Positions 9,679 through 17,763 of a stretch of DNA of 64,000 bases are shown here, one piece after another. Source of the DNA: an uncultured Chloroflexia bacterium (GTDB lineage: Bacteria > Chloroflexota > Limnocylindria > Limnocylindrales > CSP1-4); the NCBI GenBank assembly GCA_963763775.1, contig CAVXPZ010000003.1, forward strand, positions 512,001 to 576,000, in the 5' to 3' direction. The position numbers and the translations under genes were made by a program. Every line of letters begins with the position of its first letter. Positions within the stretch are counted from its first letter, which is position 1. The notes beneath the pieces were generated by a model. It did not search any database. It was not told the DNA's origin and saw nothing but the letters and a program-made list of their open reading frames with translations.

Positions 9679-10563
9679 ATGCGACAGACAGATCGACCCG
9701 GCATCCGCCCCGTCCAGTTCGCCTCGGGGCAGGAGGTCGTGGCCGGGATCGAGGTGATGACCCTGGCGACCATGCGTCGGCGCGCGGGCCTCTTGGAGTT
9801 CCGCGACCCTCAGCGCCTTGGGTTCGACCTCCTCATCCGAATCGACAGCGGCACGGCCGTCCACACGGTCGACCTCGTGGCCTACGACCTTGCCCCAGGC
9901 GACACGATGTGGATCCACGCGGGCCAGGTCCAGCAGTGGGGAGACATCGCCGCGATCGATGGGCCGGTGGTGCTGTTCACGCCCCAGGCTCTCGATGCGG
10001 ACACGCTCCTGCGGATCCGCGCCACGGGAATGGCGCTTCGAAGCGACTTTCCGATGGGATCTGCGGGGTCAGGCCAGGACCTCGCCTGGTCGTACTTGCG
10101 CCACTGTGCGTCGCTCGCCGCTGGGGTGCCGCAGGCCCTCGGGATCGCCCTCGTGGCCCGGTCGCTCGCGGCGCTGCTCTTGGAGCTAGTGGCTGGGGCG
10201 GTCGGCCCCGGAACGGCCCGTCGCCAACCCGCCGAGGACTTCCTCCGGCTGCGTGACGCGATCGAGGATGGCTTCACCACCGAGCACCGGGTCGCGGCGT
10301 ACGCGCGACGTCTCGGCTACTCGACCCGCACCGTCGACCGCCTCGCACGGGCCAACGCGGGCCTGACGGCGAAGGCCCTGATCGACGAGCGCGTGGTCCT
10401 CGAGGCGCAGCGGATGCTCGCTCACGGAGACGACTCGATCGCCGCGATCGGGGGTGCTCTGGGGTTCGACGATCCGTCCAACTTCTCGAAGTACTTCACC
10501 AAGCGTGTCGGCACCACGCCGGCGGCCTCCCGCCGGCGCGCCAGGGGAGAAGAGGCGACCTGA
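9679..10563 (+). CDS. AraC-family transcriptional regulator
   Basis: C-terminal VAAYARRLGYS...IAAIGGALGFDDPSNFSKYFTKRVGTTP; divergent from the MBL gene. Confidence 0.9.
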   Translation: MRQTDRPGIRPVQFASGQEVVAGIEVMTLATMRRRAGLLEFRDPQRLGFDLLIRIDSGTAVHTVDLVAYDLAPGDTMWIHAGQVQQWGDIAAIDGPVVLFTPQALDADTLLRIRATGMALRSDFPMGSAGSGQDLAWSYLRHCASLAAGVPQALGIALVARSLAALLLELVAGAVGPGTARRQPAEDFLRLRDAIEDGFTTEHRVAAYARRLGYSTRTVDRLARANAGLTAKALIDERVVLEAQRMLAHGDDSIAAIGGALGFDDPSNFSKYFTKRVGTTPAASRRRARGEEAT

Positions 10564-10584
10564 TCCGCGTGGGCTGCGCGAGGC

Positions 10585-10998
10585 TCAAGCCCCGATGCGA
10601 ACGTTGAGTTGGAGCCCGAGGGCAACCCCCAGGACGATCCAGCCAAGTGCGCCGCCGACGAGCAGCAGGATCCGGGCAAGGTTCCGGTCGGTCGGCGAAG
10701 CATCGGCCGCGATCTGCTCCGAGAAGACGGCGAGGGCGGCGACCAGAAAGGCGATGATGCCGCCGACGAACGCGCCCGCGACGAACATCGCCAGGACGCC
10801 ACCGGTCACGGCGACGACGCGGACGAACCGCGTGGAGCGTGACGCGGTCTGGCCGTGACGCTTCTCGACGTCGGCTGTGCCGATGACGATCCCGGTTGCG
10901 ATGGCGAACGGCCACGCCCACAGCGTGAACGGGGCGAGCACTCCGATCGCGACTGCGACGACCAGGTGTCGTCCGATCTGGAATCCCGTGGTCTCCAT
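10585..10998 (-). CDS. small membrane protein, unknown function
   Basis: 137 aa with 4 hydrophobic segments. Confidence 0.65.
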   Translation of the reverse strand: METTGFQIGRHLVVAVAIGVLAPFTLWAWPFAIATGIVIGTADVEKRHGQTASRSTRFVRVVAVTGGVLAMFVAGAFVGGIIAFLVAALAVFSEQIAADASPTDRNLARILLLVGGALGWIVLGVALGLQLNVRIGA

Positions 10999-11149
10999 TG
11001 GGCGCCTCGGCCGGACGGGTCCGCCGAACGGCGGACGGCATTGCCATGATGACGCGGCGGGCGCCCGGTCGTGACTTGCCTGCTCGACGGTGTTCGCTTT
11101 GCTGGCGAGGTCAGGGACATCCCAATGAAGCGAACGAATGCAAGTGTTC

Positions 11150-11248
11150 GTGGCGCGCCCGACAGGTGTTGGACGCGCGATTTCAACCTACACCATCCCG
11201 ATCGAGGGGCACGACGAGTGGCTGGCCGCTGCTAGGCGGCTGGCATGA
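11150..11248 (+). pseudogene. displaced C-terminal tail of a putative att-split recombinase, copy 2
   Basis: VARPTGVGRAISTYTIPIEGHDEWLAAARRLA*; homolog of 5862-5960. Confidence 0.6.
11151..11166 (-). repeat. att core copy 2 (tRNA-Arg 3' end)
   Basis: TGGCGCGCCCGACAGG identical to 16118-16133. Confidence 0.9.
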
Positions 11249-11493
11249 GGGACGGGTACCAGCGCGGGGTGCTTCCGCCGCAGGCGACGCGGCGCCAGAT
11301 GGACGTGCTTGCCGCCTACGTCGCCGCCGGCGGGTCGGTCCACGACGCGGCCGATCTCGTGGGTATCAGGCCCAGCACCGTCAAGCGGCACCTCGCCGAC
11401 CTACGAGCGCGGTCGGGACTGACGACCGAGCAGCTGATCTATTCGGGCCGCGCCCTTGGTTGGCTCGTCGTCCCGAGCCTGGAGCCAGCGTGA
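11245..11493 (+). CDS. small LuxR-C-terminal-like HTH protein (82 aa)
   Basis: ATGA overlap with the tail stop; TRRQMDVL...AADLVGIRPSTVKRHLADLRARSG..TTEQLIY. Confidence 0.75.
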   Translation: MRDGYQRGVLPPQATRRQMDVLAAYVAAGGSVHDAADLVGIRPSTVKRHLADLRARSGLTTEQLIYSGRALGWLVVPSLEPA

Positions 11494-11585
11494 TCTCTTG
11501 GATGCAGGCTGAGCCCCCGCGCGCGACCCCGAGTGCCCATCGCTCGCTCAAGCCGGACTATGCGCCAACCACTCTCGCTCCGCAG

Positions 11586-12293
11586 TCAGGCCGTGCCGAT
11601 GGGATCGGCACGGTCGGGCGACGCCCGGAGGCTGTCCAGACCGGCGAGGATCAGATCGAGACCGAAGTCGAACTCGCTGGCGAAGTCGTAGCCGGCCTTG
11701 CCCACGTGCTCGGCAACGGACTCGGCGAGGTAGGGATAGTCGTCAGCGGGGAACTGGCTGAGGATCTCGATCGCCAACTTGTCGACCTGGTCCGTGCTTT
11801 CGAAGGGCAGGGTCTGCTCTTGCAGCGCGAAGCCGAAGATGAAGCTGTCGAGCAGGGTGAAGGCGTGAACGGCCATCGCGACGGAGAAGCCAGCCTGCCG
11901 CAACGCCCCTATCACCATGTCGTGGTATCGCATGTTGCCCGGGCCTGGATGGACGCGGGACTGGATCACCCCCAGCGCCCAGCGGTGACGCGCGAGCACT
12001 TCGCGGATCGAGTTGGCTTGCTGACGCATCGCCCCTTTCCAGTCTGACCCTCCGGCGGTGACGTCGATCTCCTCGTACATCACGTCGACCATCGCGTCGA
12101 GCAGATCGTCCTTGTTCGCGAAGTGGTTGTAGAGCGCCATGGGGTATACCCCCAGCTCCTGGGCGACGTTCCGCATGCTGAGCGACTCGATCCCGCCTTC
12201 ATCAGCGAGCTTGATGGCCGTTCGGAGCACTCGCTGCCGGCTGAGTGGGACTCGTCGTCTGGTCCTCGATCGTTGCTTGACAGACATTTGCAT
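11586..12293 (-). CDS. TetR-family regulator (TetR_C type)
   Basis: LSRQRVLRTAIKLADEGGIESLSMRNVAQELGV.PMALYNHF; EFDFGLDLILAGL. Confidence 0.92.
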   Translation of the reverse strand: MQMSVKQRSRTRRRVPLSRQRVLRTAIKLADEGGIESLSMRNVAQELGVYPMALYNHFANKDDLLDAMVDVMYEEIDVTAGGSDWKGAMRQQANSIREVLARHRWALGVIQSRVHPGPGNMRYHDMVIGALRQAGFSVAMAVHAFTLLDSFIFGFALQEQTLPFESTDQVDKLAIEILSQFPADDYPYLAESVAEHVGKAGYDFASEFDFGLDLILAGLDSLRASPDRADPIGTA

Positions 12294-12312
12294 CCCTCTC
12301 GGCACCTGGGTC

Positions 12313-12370
12313 TTGACGTATGTACGCTGTACATCTAATGTACGCCGTATTGGCGATGTACGCCGTACAT
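12313..12370 (+). promoter_or_regulatory. sigma70 promoter (TTGACG-17-TAATGT) overlapped by three TetR operators ATGTACGCnGTACAT
   Basis: Palindromes at 12320-12334, 12338-12352 (imperfect) and 12356-12370, period 18 bp. Confidence 0.85.
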
Positions 12371-12385
12371 TAGCAGGAGACCACC

Positions 12386-13414
12386 ATGAAGGCAATCGTT
12401 CAACCAACCTATGGCTCACCCGATGACCTGCAGCTGCGCGACATCGACCAGCCCACGATCGGCGACCACGACGTGCTGGTGCGCGTGCATGCCGCGTCGG
12501 TCAACACCGCCGACCGGCTCATCCTGCGCGGCCGCCCCTATCTGATGCGCGCCGCGGGCTCCGGACTCGGCTTTAGCCCGCGTCGACCCCAGTTCGCCGT
12601 CGCGGGCACGGACCTCGCCGGTCGTGTGGCGGCGGTAGGCAGTCTGGTGACCGCCTTCCGCCCCGGCGACGAGGTGTACGGGAGCGTCCCCGGCGCGATC
12701 GCGGAGTACGTCGCGGCGCCGGACACCGCCCTGGCGGCCAAGCCGTCGAGCCTCAGCTTCCAACAGGCCGCCGCGATGCCGCTGGCCGCGCTCACCGCAC
12801 TCCAGGGGCTTCGCGATGCCGGACAGGTCCAGCCCGGGCAGCGGGTTCTGATCAATGGGGCCTCGGGCGGCGTCGGCACCTATGCGGTGCAGATCGCCAA
12901 GGTCCTGGGCGCCGAGGTGACCGCGGTGACCAGCGGCCCGAACGTCGAGATGGTTCGATCACTCGGCGCCGACCACGTCATCGACTACACCAGCGAGGAC
13001 TTCACGGAGTCAGCCAGTCGGTATGACGTCATCCTGGACCTTGTGGGCAACCACTCACTGTCGGCTCGACGACGCGCGCTGACCGCGACGGGCACGCTGT
13101 TGCTGTCATACGTCGGTACCAACCGCTGGGTGGGGCCGTTCGGTCACATCCTGGCTGCCGTGGTGCTGACGCGGTTCACGAGCCACAGGATCGTCTCGTT
13201 CACGACCGCTCCGAGCAGTGCCGACCTGCTCGTCCTTGCGCAGCTGACAGACGACGGAAAGATCGTGCCGGTCATCGACCGGACCTACCGCCTCGACCAA
13301 GCAGCCGAGGCGATCCGCTACCTGGAACTCGGACGTGCCCGGGGCAAGGTCATCATCAGCATCAGCGACCGCGGCGCGCTGGCCGCGCTGACGCCGGCGA
13401 GTGTGGCGTCGTGA
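12386..13414 (+). CDS. NAD(P)-dependent MDR-family oxidoreductase (quinone reductase-like)
   Basis: VRVHAASVN, VLINGASGGVG, VIDYT, ARGKVII. Confidence 0.92.
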   Translation: MKAIVQPTYGSPDDLQLRDIDQPTIGDHDVLVRVHAASVNTADRLILRGRPYLMRAAGSGLGFSPRRPQFAVAGTDLAGRVAAVGSLVTAFRPGDEVYGSVPGAIAEYVAAPDTALAAKPSSLSFQQAAAMPLAALTALQGLRDAGQVQPGQRVLINGASGGVGTYAVQIAKVLGAEVTAVTSGPNVEMVRSLGADHVIDYTSEDFTESASRYDVILDLVGNHSLSARRRALTATGTLLLSYVGTNRWVGPFGHILAAVVLTRFTSHRIVSFTTAPSSADLLVLAQLTDDGKIVPVIDRTYRLDQAAEAIRYLELGRARGKVIISISDRGALAALTPASVAS

Positions 13415-14067
13415 CGGCGCCAGCGATGCCAGTGGGGCCGTACGCGGCTCGTCTGACCATTGACTACCCCGAACGCCTTGATCGGGTCACGACCTTCTTT
13501 CGCCTGATCTGGGTCATACCGATCGCCATCGTGCTCGGAGTGATCACGGGGAGCGGGACCCAGATGATGGTCACCGCAGCCGGTGAGCAGATCGTCGGAG
13601 CCGGCGGTGGACTGCTCGCTGGCTTGGCTTTCGCCACGGCGCTGATGATCGTCATCCGCATGCGCTACCCGCGCTGGTGGTTCGACTTCGCACGGGAGCT
13701 GACCCGCTTCGGCGCCCGCGTCGGTGCCTACGTGGCCCTGCTCACGGACCGATATCCGTCCACTGTCGAGGAGCAATCGGTGCACCTCGAGATCGAGTAT
13801 CCAGAGGTCGATCGCGACCTGAACCGCTGGCTTCCACTGGTCAAGTGGTTCCTGGCGATCCCCCATTACGTCGCGCTGATCGTCCTGATCATCGGAGCGG
13901 CCCTCGCCATCGTGATCGCCTGGTTCGCGATCCTCATGACCGGGCGTTATCCCCAGCCGCTCTTCGACTACGTGGTCGGCGTCGGGCGGTGGAGCCTGCG
14001 CGTGAACGCCTACGCGTTCCTGCTCGTGACCGACCGCTATCCCCCCTTCAGCCTGAAAGCAGGGTAG
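13411..14067 (+). CDS. DUF4389 membrane protein
   Basis: Two YP..LFD...RW..RV.AY..LLTDRYPP repeats; LNRWLPLVKWFLAIPH. Confidence 0.88.
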   Translation: MTAPAMPVGPYAARLTIDYPERLDRVTTFFRLIWVIPIAIVLGVITGSGTQMMVTAAGEQIVGAGGGLLAGLAFATALMIVIRMRYPRWWFDFARELTRFGARVGAYVALLTDRYPSTVEEQSVHLEIEYPEVDRDLNRWLPLVKWFLAIPHYVALIVLIIGAALAIVIAWFAILMTGRYPQPLFDYVVGVGRWSLRVNAYAFLLVTDRYPPFSLKAG

Positions 14068-14069
14068 TC

Positions 14070-15227
14070 ATGCGAATCCTCCGAGAGCTCTCGCGGCGCA
14101 AGCTGCGCACGAGCCTGACCATCACCGGCATCACCATCGGCATCTGGGCACTCGTGGTGTTCAGTTCGCTGGCCAACCAGATCAACGGCCTCGTCGGCAT
14201 GGGCAGCGAATACTTCGCCGACAAGATCGTCGTCACCGACGGCGTGGCCTTCGGCTCGTCGCCGATGCGCCTCGACGACGTCGAGATCATCGCCGGCCTC
14301 GACGGCGTCGGTGCCGTCCAGCCCAAGGTCGAGATCCCGTGGGACCCCGATCCCGCTATCGGGTTCGGCGCGCCGGACTTCCTGGTCGGGACCATCCCGG
14401 GCGCCGACGCCGGGTTCGAGACGTTCACACCCGAGCTGGCCACGGGACGCCAGCTCATCGCCGAGGACACCGGCAACGTCGTGGTCCTGGGGTCGACCAT
14501 CGCCCGCAAGTACGGCGTCGTCGCCGGCGGGACGGTCGACATCCGAGGCGAGTCCTTCGAGGTCCTTGGGACCCTGCAACCCACCCTCAGCACGCCCGAC
14601 ACGAACGGCTTCATCCCGCTCTCGACGGCCCAGGCGCTGTACCTGGGCGACCTGCCCCCACTCGTCGCCGAGTCGCTCCAGGCGGACGAGCTGGCCAACC
14701 AGATCGTCGTCTTCCCCGAAGTCGGTGCCGACCCGACGACGGTGGCCGCGGCGATCGAGGCCGCGGTCGAGAACAGCGCGACCATGACCGGCGCCGAGTT
14801 CTCCAAGACGGTCGGCGCCACGACCGTGATCTTCAACGCGATCATCATCGGGGTGGCCGCCATCAGCCTCATCGTGGGCGGCCTGTCGGTGATCAACACG
14901 ATGGCCATGAGCGTGGCCGAGCGGACCCGCGAGATCGGCATCCGGCGGGCCATCGGCGGCTCCCGGCGACGCATCGTCCGCGAGCTCGTCGCCGAGGCCG
15001 GGGTCATCGGGCTGCTGGGCGGCCTGATCGGGCTCGGCCTGGGCGCTGCGGTCGTCGTCCTGGTCAACGAGGCCGGCCGATCGAGCGGCACCGTCCTCTT
15101 CGACCTCACCGCACAGACCGCGGCGTTCGCGGTCGGCTTCAGCACGATCCTCGGGATGGTGGCCGGGATCATCCCGGCCTGGACTGCCGCACGGCTCGAC
15201 CCGGTGTCGGCCCTGCGCTACGAATGA
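14070..15227 (+). CDS. ABC transporter permease (FtsX/MacB type)
   Basis: INTMAMSVAERTREIGIRRAIG; AARLDPVSALRYE. Confidence 0.92.
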   Translation: MRILRELSRRKLRTSLTITGITIGIWALVVFSSLANQINGLVGMGSEYFADKIVVTDGVAFGSSPMRLDDVEIIAGLDGVGAVQPKVEIPWDPDPAIGFGAPDFLVGTIPGADAGFETFTPELATGRQLIAEDTGNVVVLGSTIARKYGVVAGGTVDIRGESFEVLGTLQPTLSTPDTNGFIPLSTAQALYLGDLPPLVAESLQADELANQIVVFPEVGADPTTVAAAIEAAVENSATMTGAEFSKTVGATTVIFNAIIIGVAAISLIVGGLSVINTMAMSVAERTREIGIRRAIGGSRRRIVRELVAEAGVIGLLGGLIGLGLGAAVVVLVNEAGRSSGTVLFDLTAQTAAFAVGFSTILGMVAGIIPAWTAARLDPVSALRYE

Positions 15228-15256
15228 CCAACGACCGAACGACGAAGGAGCGAACG

Positions 15257-15979
15257 ATGAACCTGATCGAAGCGACCGACCTGCGCAAGACCTACCGGCT
15301 GTCGCGCCGGACCAGCATCGATGCCCTGCAGGGTGTTGACGTCAGCATCGCCGCCGGCGAGATGGTGGCGATCATGGGGCCGTCAGGCTCCGGCAAGAGC
15401 ACGCTCATGCACCTGCTCGGGCTGCTCCACGCGCCGGATACCGACGACGGCCCGGCCCCGACCCTGCGCATCGATGGGGTCGATGCGACGACCCTCTCGG
15501 ACGGCGAGCGAACGTCCATCCGGGCTCGATCGATGGGCTTCGTGTTCCAGTCCTTCAACCTGGTCCCGACGCTCACCGCCGAGGAGAACGTGGCCCTCGC
15601 CGCCGAGTATGCCGGGACGTCCGGTTCGGCAGCCCGTGTGGCTGCGCGCGCCTCGCTGGCGTCGGTCGGCCTTGCCGAGCGAGCGGGGCACCGGCCGATG
15701 GAGTTGTCAGGGGGCGAGCAGCAGCGCGTGGCCATCGCCCGTGCCCTCGTGAACGACCCGAAGCTGATCCTCGGTGATGAGCCGACGGGCAACCTGGATT
15801 CATCCCGGGCCGCGGAAGTCCTGGGCCTGCTCCGTCGCTTCAACCGTGAGCGCGGGCAGACCGTGCTCATCGTCACGCACGACCAGGAGGTTGGCGCCGC
15901 CTGCGACCGGATCATCCGGATGCGTGACGGGCGGATCATCGCCGACGAGCGCGTGGCGGACCTGCAGGTTGCCGCATGA
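15257..15979 (+). CDS. ABC transporter ATP-binding protein (LolD/MacB type)
   Basis: GPSGSGKS, LSGGEQQR, GDEPTGNLD, VTHD. Confidence 0.93.
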   Translation: MNLIEATDLRKTYRLSRRTSIDALQGVDVSIAAGEMVAIMGPSGSGKSTLMHLLGLLHAPDTDDGPAPTLRIDGVDATTLSDGERTSIRARSMGFVFQSFNLVPTLTAEENVALAAEYAGTSGSAARVAARASLASVGLAERAGHRPMELSGGEQQRVAIARALVNDPKLILGDEPTGNLDSSRAAEVLGLLRRFNRERGQTVLIVTHDQEVGAACDRIIRMRDGRIIADERVADLQVAA

Positions 15980-16182
15980 CGGCCGGAACGATGCGCGATC
16001 TGATGCACGCCATCTACGACCGGATCACGGTCGCCGGCCCGGTGATCGTGGGTGTCCGGCTGACCCAGGCGGCCTACGCGCACGGATTGGCGCTGGCTCT
16101 GCCCGAAAGGGTTGAAATGGCGCGCCCGACAGGACTCGAACCTGCGACCTTTGGGTCCGGAACCCAACGCTCTATCCACTGA
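15976..16182 (+). pseudogene. remnant of a putative large serine recombinase C-terminus reading through the att core into antisense tRNA
   Basis: RDLMHAIYDRITVAGPVIVGVRLTQAAYAHGLALALPERVE-MARPTG; MARPTG is in the same frame as the displaced tails; family assignment is inference. Confidence 0.5.
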
Positions 16183-16193
16183 GCTACAGGCGC
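16118..16193 (-). tRNA. tRNA-Arg(CCG)
   Basis: GCGCCTGTAGCTCAGTGGATAGAGCG-TTGGG-TTCCGGA-CCCAA-AGGTCGCAGGTTCGAGTCCTGTCGGGCGCGCCA, 76 nt. Confidence 0.97.
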
Positions 16194-16246
16194 GCGAGCG
16201 CCAAGGATACGACGCCGGCAGGCGATCCGGCCCTGATCACCCGGAC

Positions 16247-16281
16247 AAAAGCCGAGGCCGGCTCCCGAAGGAACCGGCCTC
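16247..16281 (-). terminator. intrinsic terminator of the ncRNA
   Basis: GAGGCCGGTTCC-TTCG-GGAGCCGGCCTC followed by GGCTTTT. Confidence 0.85.
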
Positions 16282-16427
16282 GATGCTGTCCCGGTGAAGG
16301 AGTCCGCTTGAACGGACACTTCTGCCACGCGTCAAAGGCATCTATCACGTCGGCTGCACCGACTACCCTGACCCTACCTACCCATGACCTTGACGCTGGG
16401 GCAGCTTGGCTGACTGAGCAGCATCGA
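16247..16427 (-). ncRNA. structured ncRNA, 6S RNA-like
   Basis: Closing stem TCGATGCTG/CAGCATCGA, central bubble with a GTCCG/CGGAC hairpin, long apical stem; own promoter and terminator; no credible ORF. Confidence 0.6.
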
Positions 16428-16428
16428 T

Positions 16429-16457
16429 ATCCTATCTCGTCAGGGGCCTTTTTCCAA
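16429..16457 (-). promoter_or_regulatory. sigma70 promoter TTGGAA-17-TAGGAT with AT-rich upstream region
   Basis: -35 at 16452-16457 and -10 at 16429-16434 on the minus strand. Confidence 0.7.
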
Positions 16458-16558
16458 GGGTTTTGTCAGGTTCGTCGGTATAAATTCCTTAACCTTTGTC
16501 GCGTCACACGTCGCGGTGACGACGTGCGCCGGTCATTGACGGCTCGGTCGGGCCCGGC

Positions 16559-17053
16559 TCAGGCCTCGTCGTGGATGGTCACCGACACCATCGCGACCGG
16601 CTCGTTCGGCAGGTCCCGGCCGTCGCGCGGGGCCGACACGATCTTGTCGACCACGTCGAGCCCCTTGGTGACCTGACCGAAGAGCGTGTAGTTCTTCGGC
16701 AGCTTGCCGGTCAGGTCGTCGGTGCAGATGAAGAACTGGCTGCCGTTGGTGTTCGGGCCCGCGTTGGCCATGGCCAGCGCGCCGCGAACGTAGTCGCCCT
16801 GGACCGGCTCGTCGGCGAACTTGTAGCCCGGGCCACCGGTGCCGACCCGGCTGCGCTCGAGCGCCGACTTCTTGCCGAACTGGCCGTCGCCGCCCTGGAT
16901 GACGAACCCGGGGATGACGCGATGGAAGATCACGTCGTCGTAGTAGCCCTTGCGCGCGAGGTCCGCGAAGTTCGCGGCCGCCTTCGGCGCGCTCTCGTCG
17001 TAGAGCTGGACCTCGATGTCGCCGATCTCCGTGGCGATGGTGGCCGTGGTCAT
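16559..17053 (-). CDS. cyclophilin-type peptidyl-prolyl isomerase (cytoplasmic)
   Basis: FHRVIPGFVIQGGD, ALAMANAGPNTNGSQFFI. Confidence 0.95.
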   Translation of the reverse strand: MTTATIATEIGDIEVQLYDESAPKAAANFADLARKGYYDDVIFHRVIPGFVIQGGDGQFGKKSALERSRVGTGGPGYKFADEPVQGDYVRGALAMANAGPNTNGSQFFICTDDLTGKLPKNYTLFGQVTKGLDVVDKIVSAPRDGRDLPNEPVAMVSVTIHDEA

Positions 17054-17110
17054 GGGCGTGACTCCTTCTTCGACTCGATGGCTTCGGGCTCGGGACCGCC
17101 TGGCGGCCGA

Positions 17111-17763
17111 TCACGGGTTGGTGACGGTCACCTTGTTCATGATGACCGGCTGGGCGGGGTTCTCCTGACCGGCCGCGGCCGCGGTGATCGCGTCGACCGT
17201 CTCCATGCCGGATGTGACCTCGCCGATGATCTGGTAGGTGTTGTACGACGAGAGGGCGCCGGCCGCGGCATCGTCGCTGACGATGAAGAACTGCGACCCG
17301 ACGGAGTCCGGCGCCGACGTCCGGGCCATCGCGACCGTGCCGCGGTGGTACTTGCCCGTGACCGGCTCGTCCTTGATCGTGTAGCCGGGGCCGCCCGTGC
17401 CGGTGCCGGTGGGGTCGCCGCCCTGGATGACGAACTGCTCGACCACGCGATGGAAGCCCACGCCGTCGTAGTAGCCGCACTCGGCGAGGGCGACGAAGTT
17501 GCCGACCGCGATCGGCGACAGGTCGGCGCTCAGCTTCATCGTGATGTCGCCCTTGTCCGTGGAGATCGTGACGGTCCGCGACTCGCCGGCCGGCAGGGCC
17601 GGGGGCTGGCTCGTCGGGCAGGCTCCGCCGCCCGAAGCTGCGGCGCTCGCGCCCGCACTCGCCGACGAGCTCCGCTCGACGAGGAGCACGCGGTCACCAG
17701 GAGCGCGGCCATCGCCGCGACGAGCAGGGATCCCGCCACGCGGCGGGTCGGGAACGTGGTCAT
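17111..17763 (-). CDS. cyclophilin-type PPIase, lipoprotein (frameshift near 17680)
   Basis: MTTFPTRR...LLVTAC lipobox in one frame; FHRVV..FVIQGGDP, AMARTSAPDSVGSQFFI in another. Confidence 0.85.

Larger units (their letters stand above)
5863..16133. mobile_element. tandem/composite genomic island integrated at the tRNA-Arg(CCG) 3' end; no intact integrase in the window
   Basis: 16-bp tRNA 3'-end direct repeats at 5863, 11151 and 16118; recombinase-like remnant next to the tRNA; accessory cargo. Confidence 0.8.

Noticed and set aside
12320-12370. Regularly spaced repeats as a mini-CRISPR
   Set aside because: Period of 18 bp with 3-nt gaps, palindromic and overlapping a promoter beside tetR, so these are operators; no cas genes in the window.
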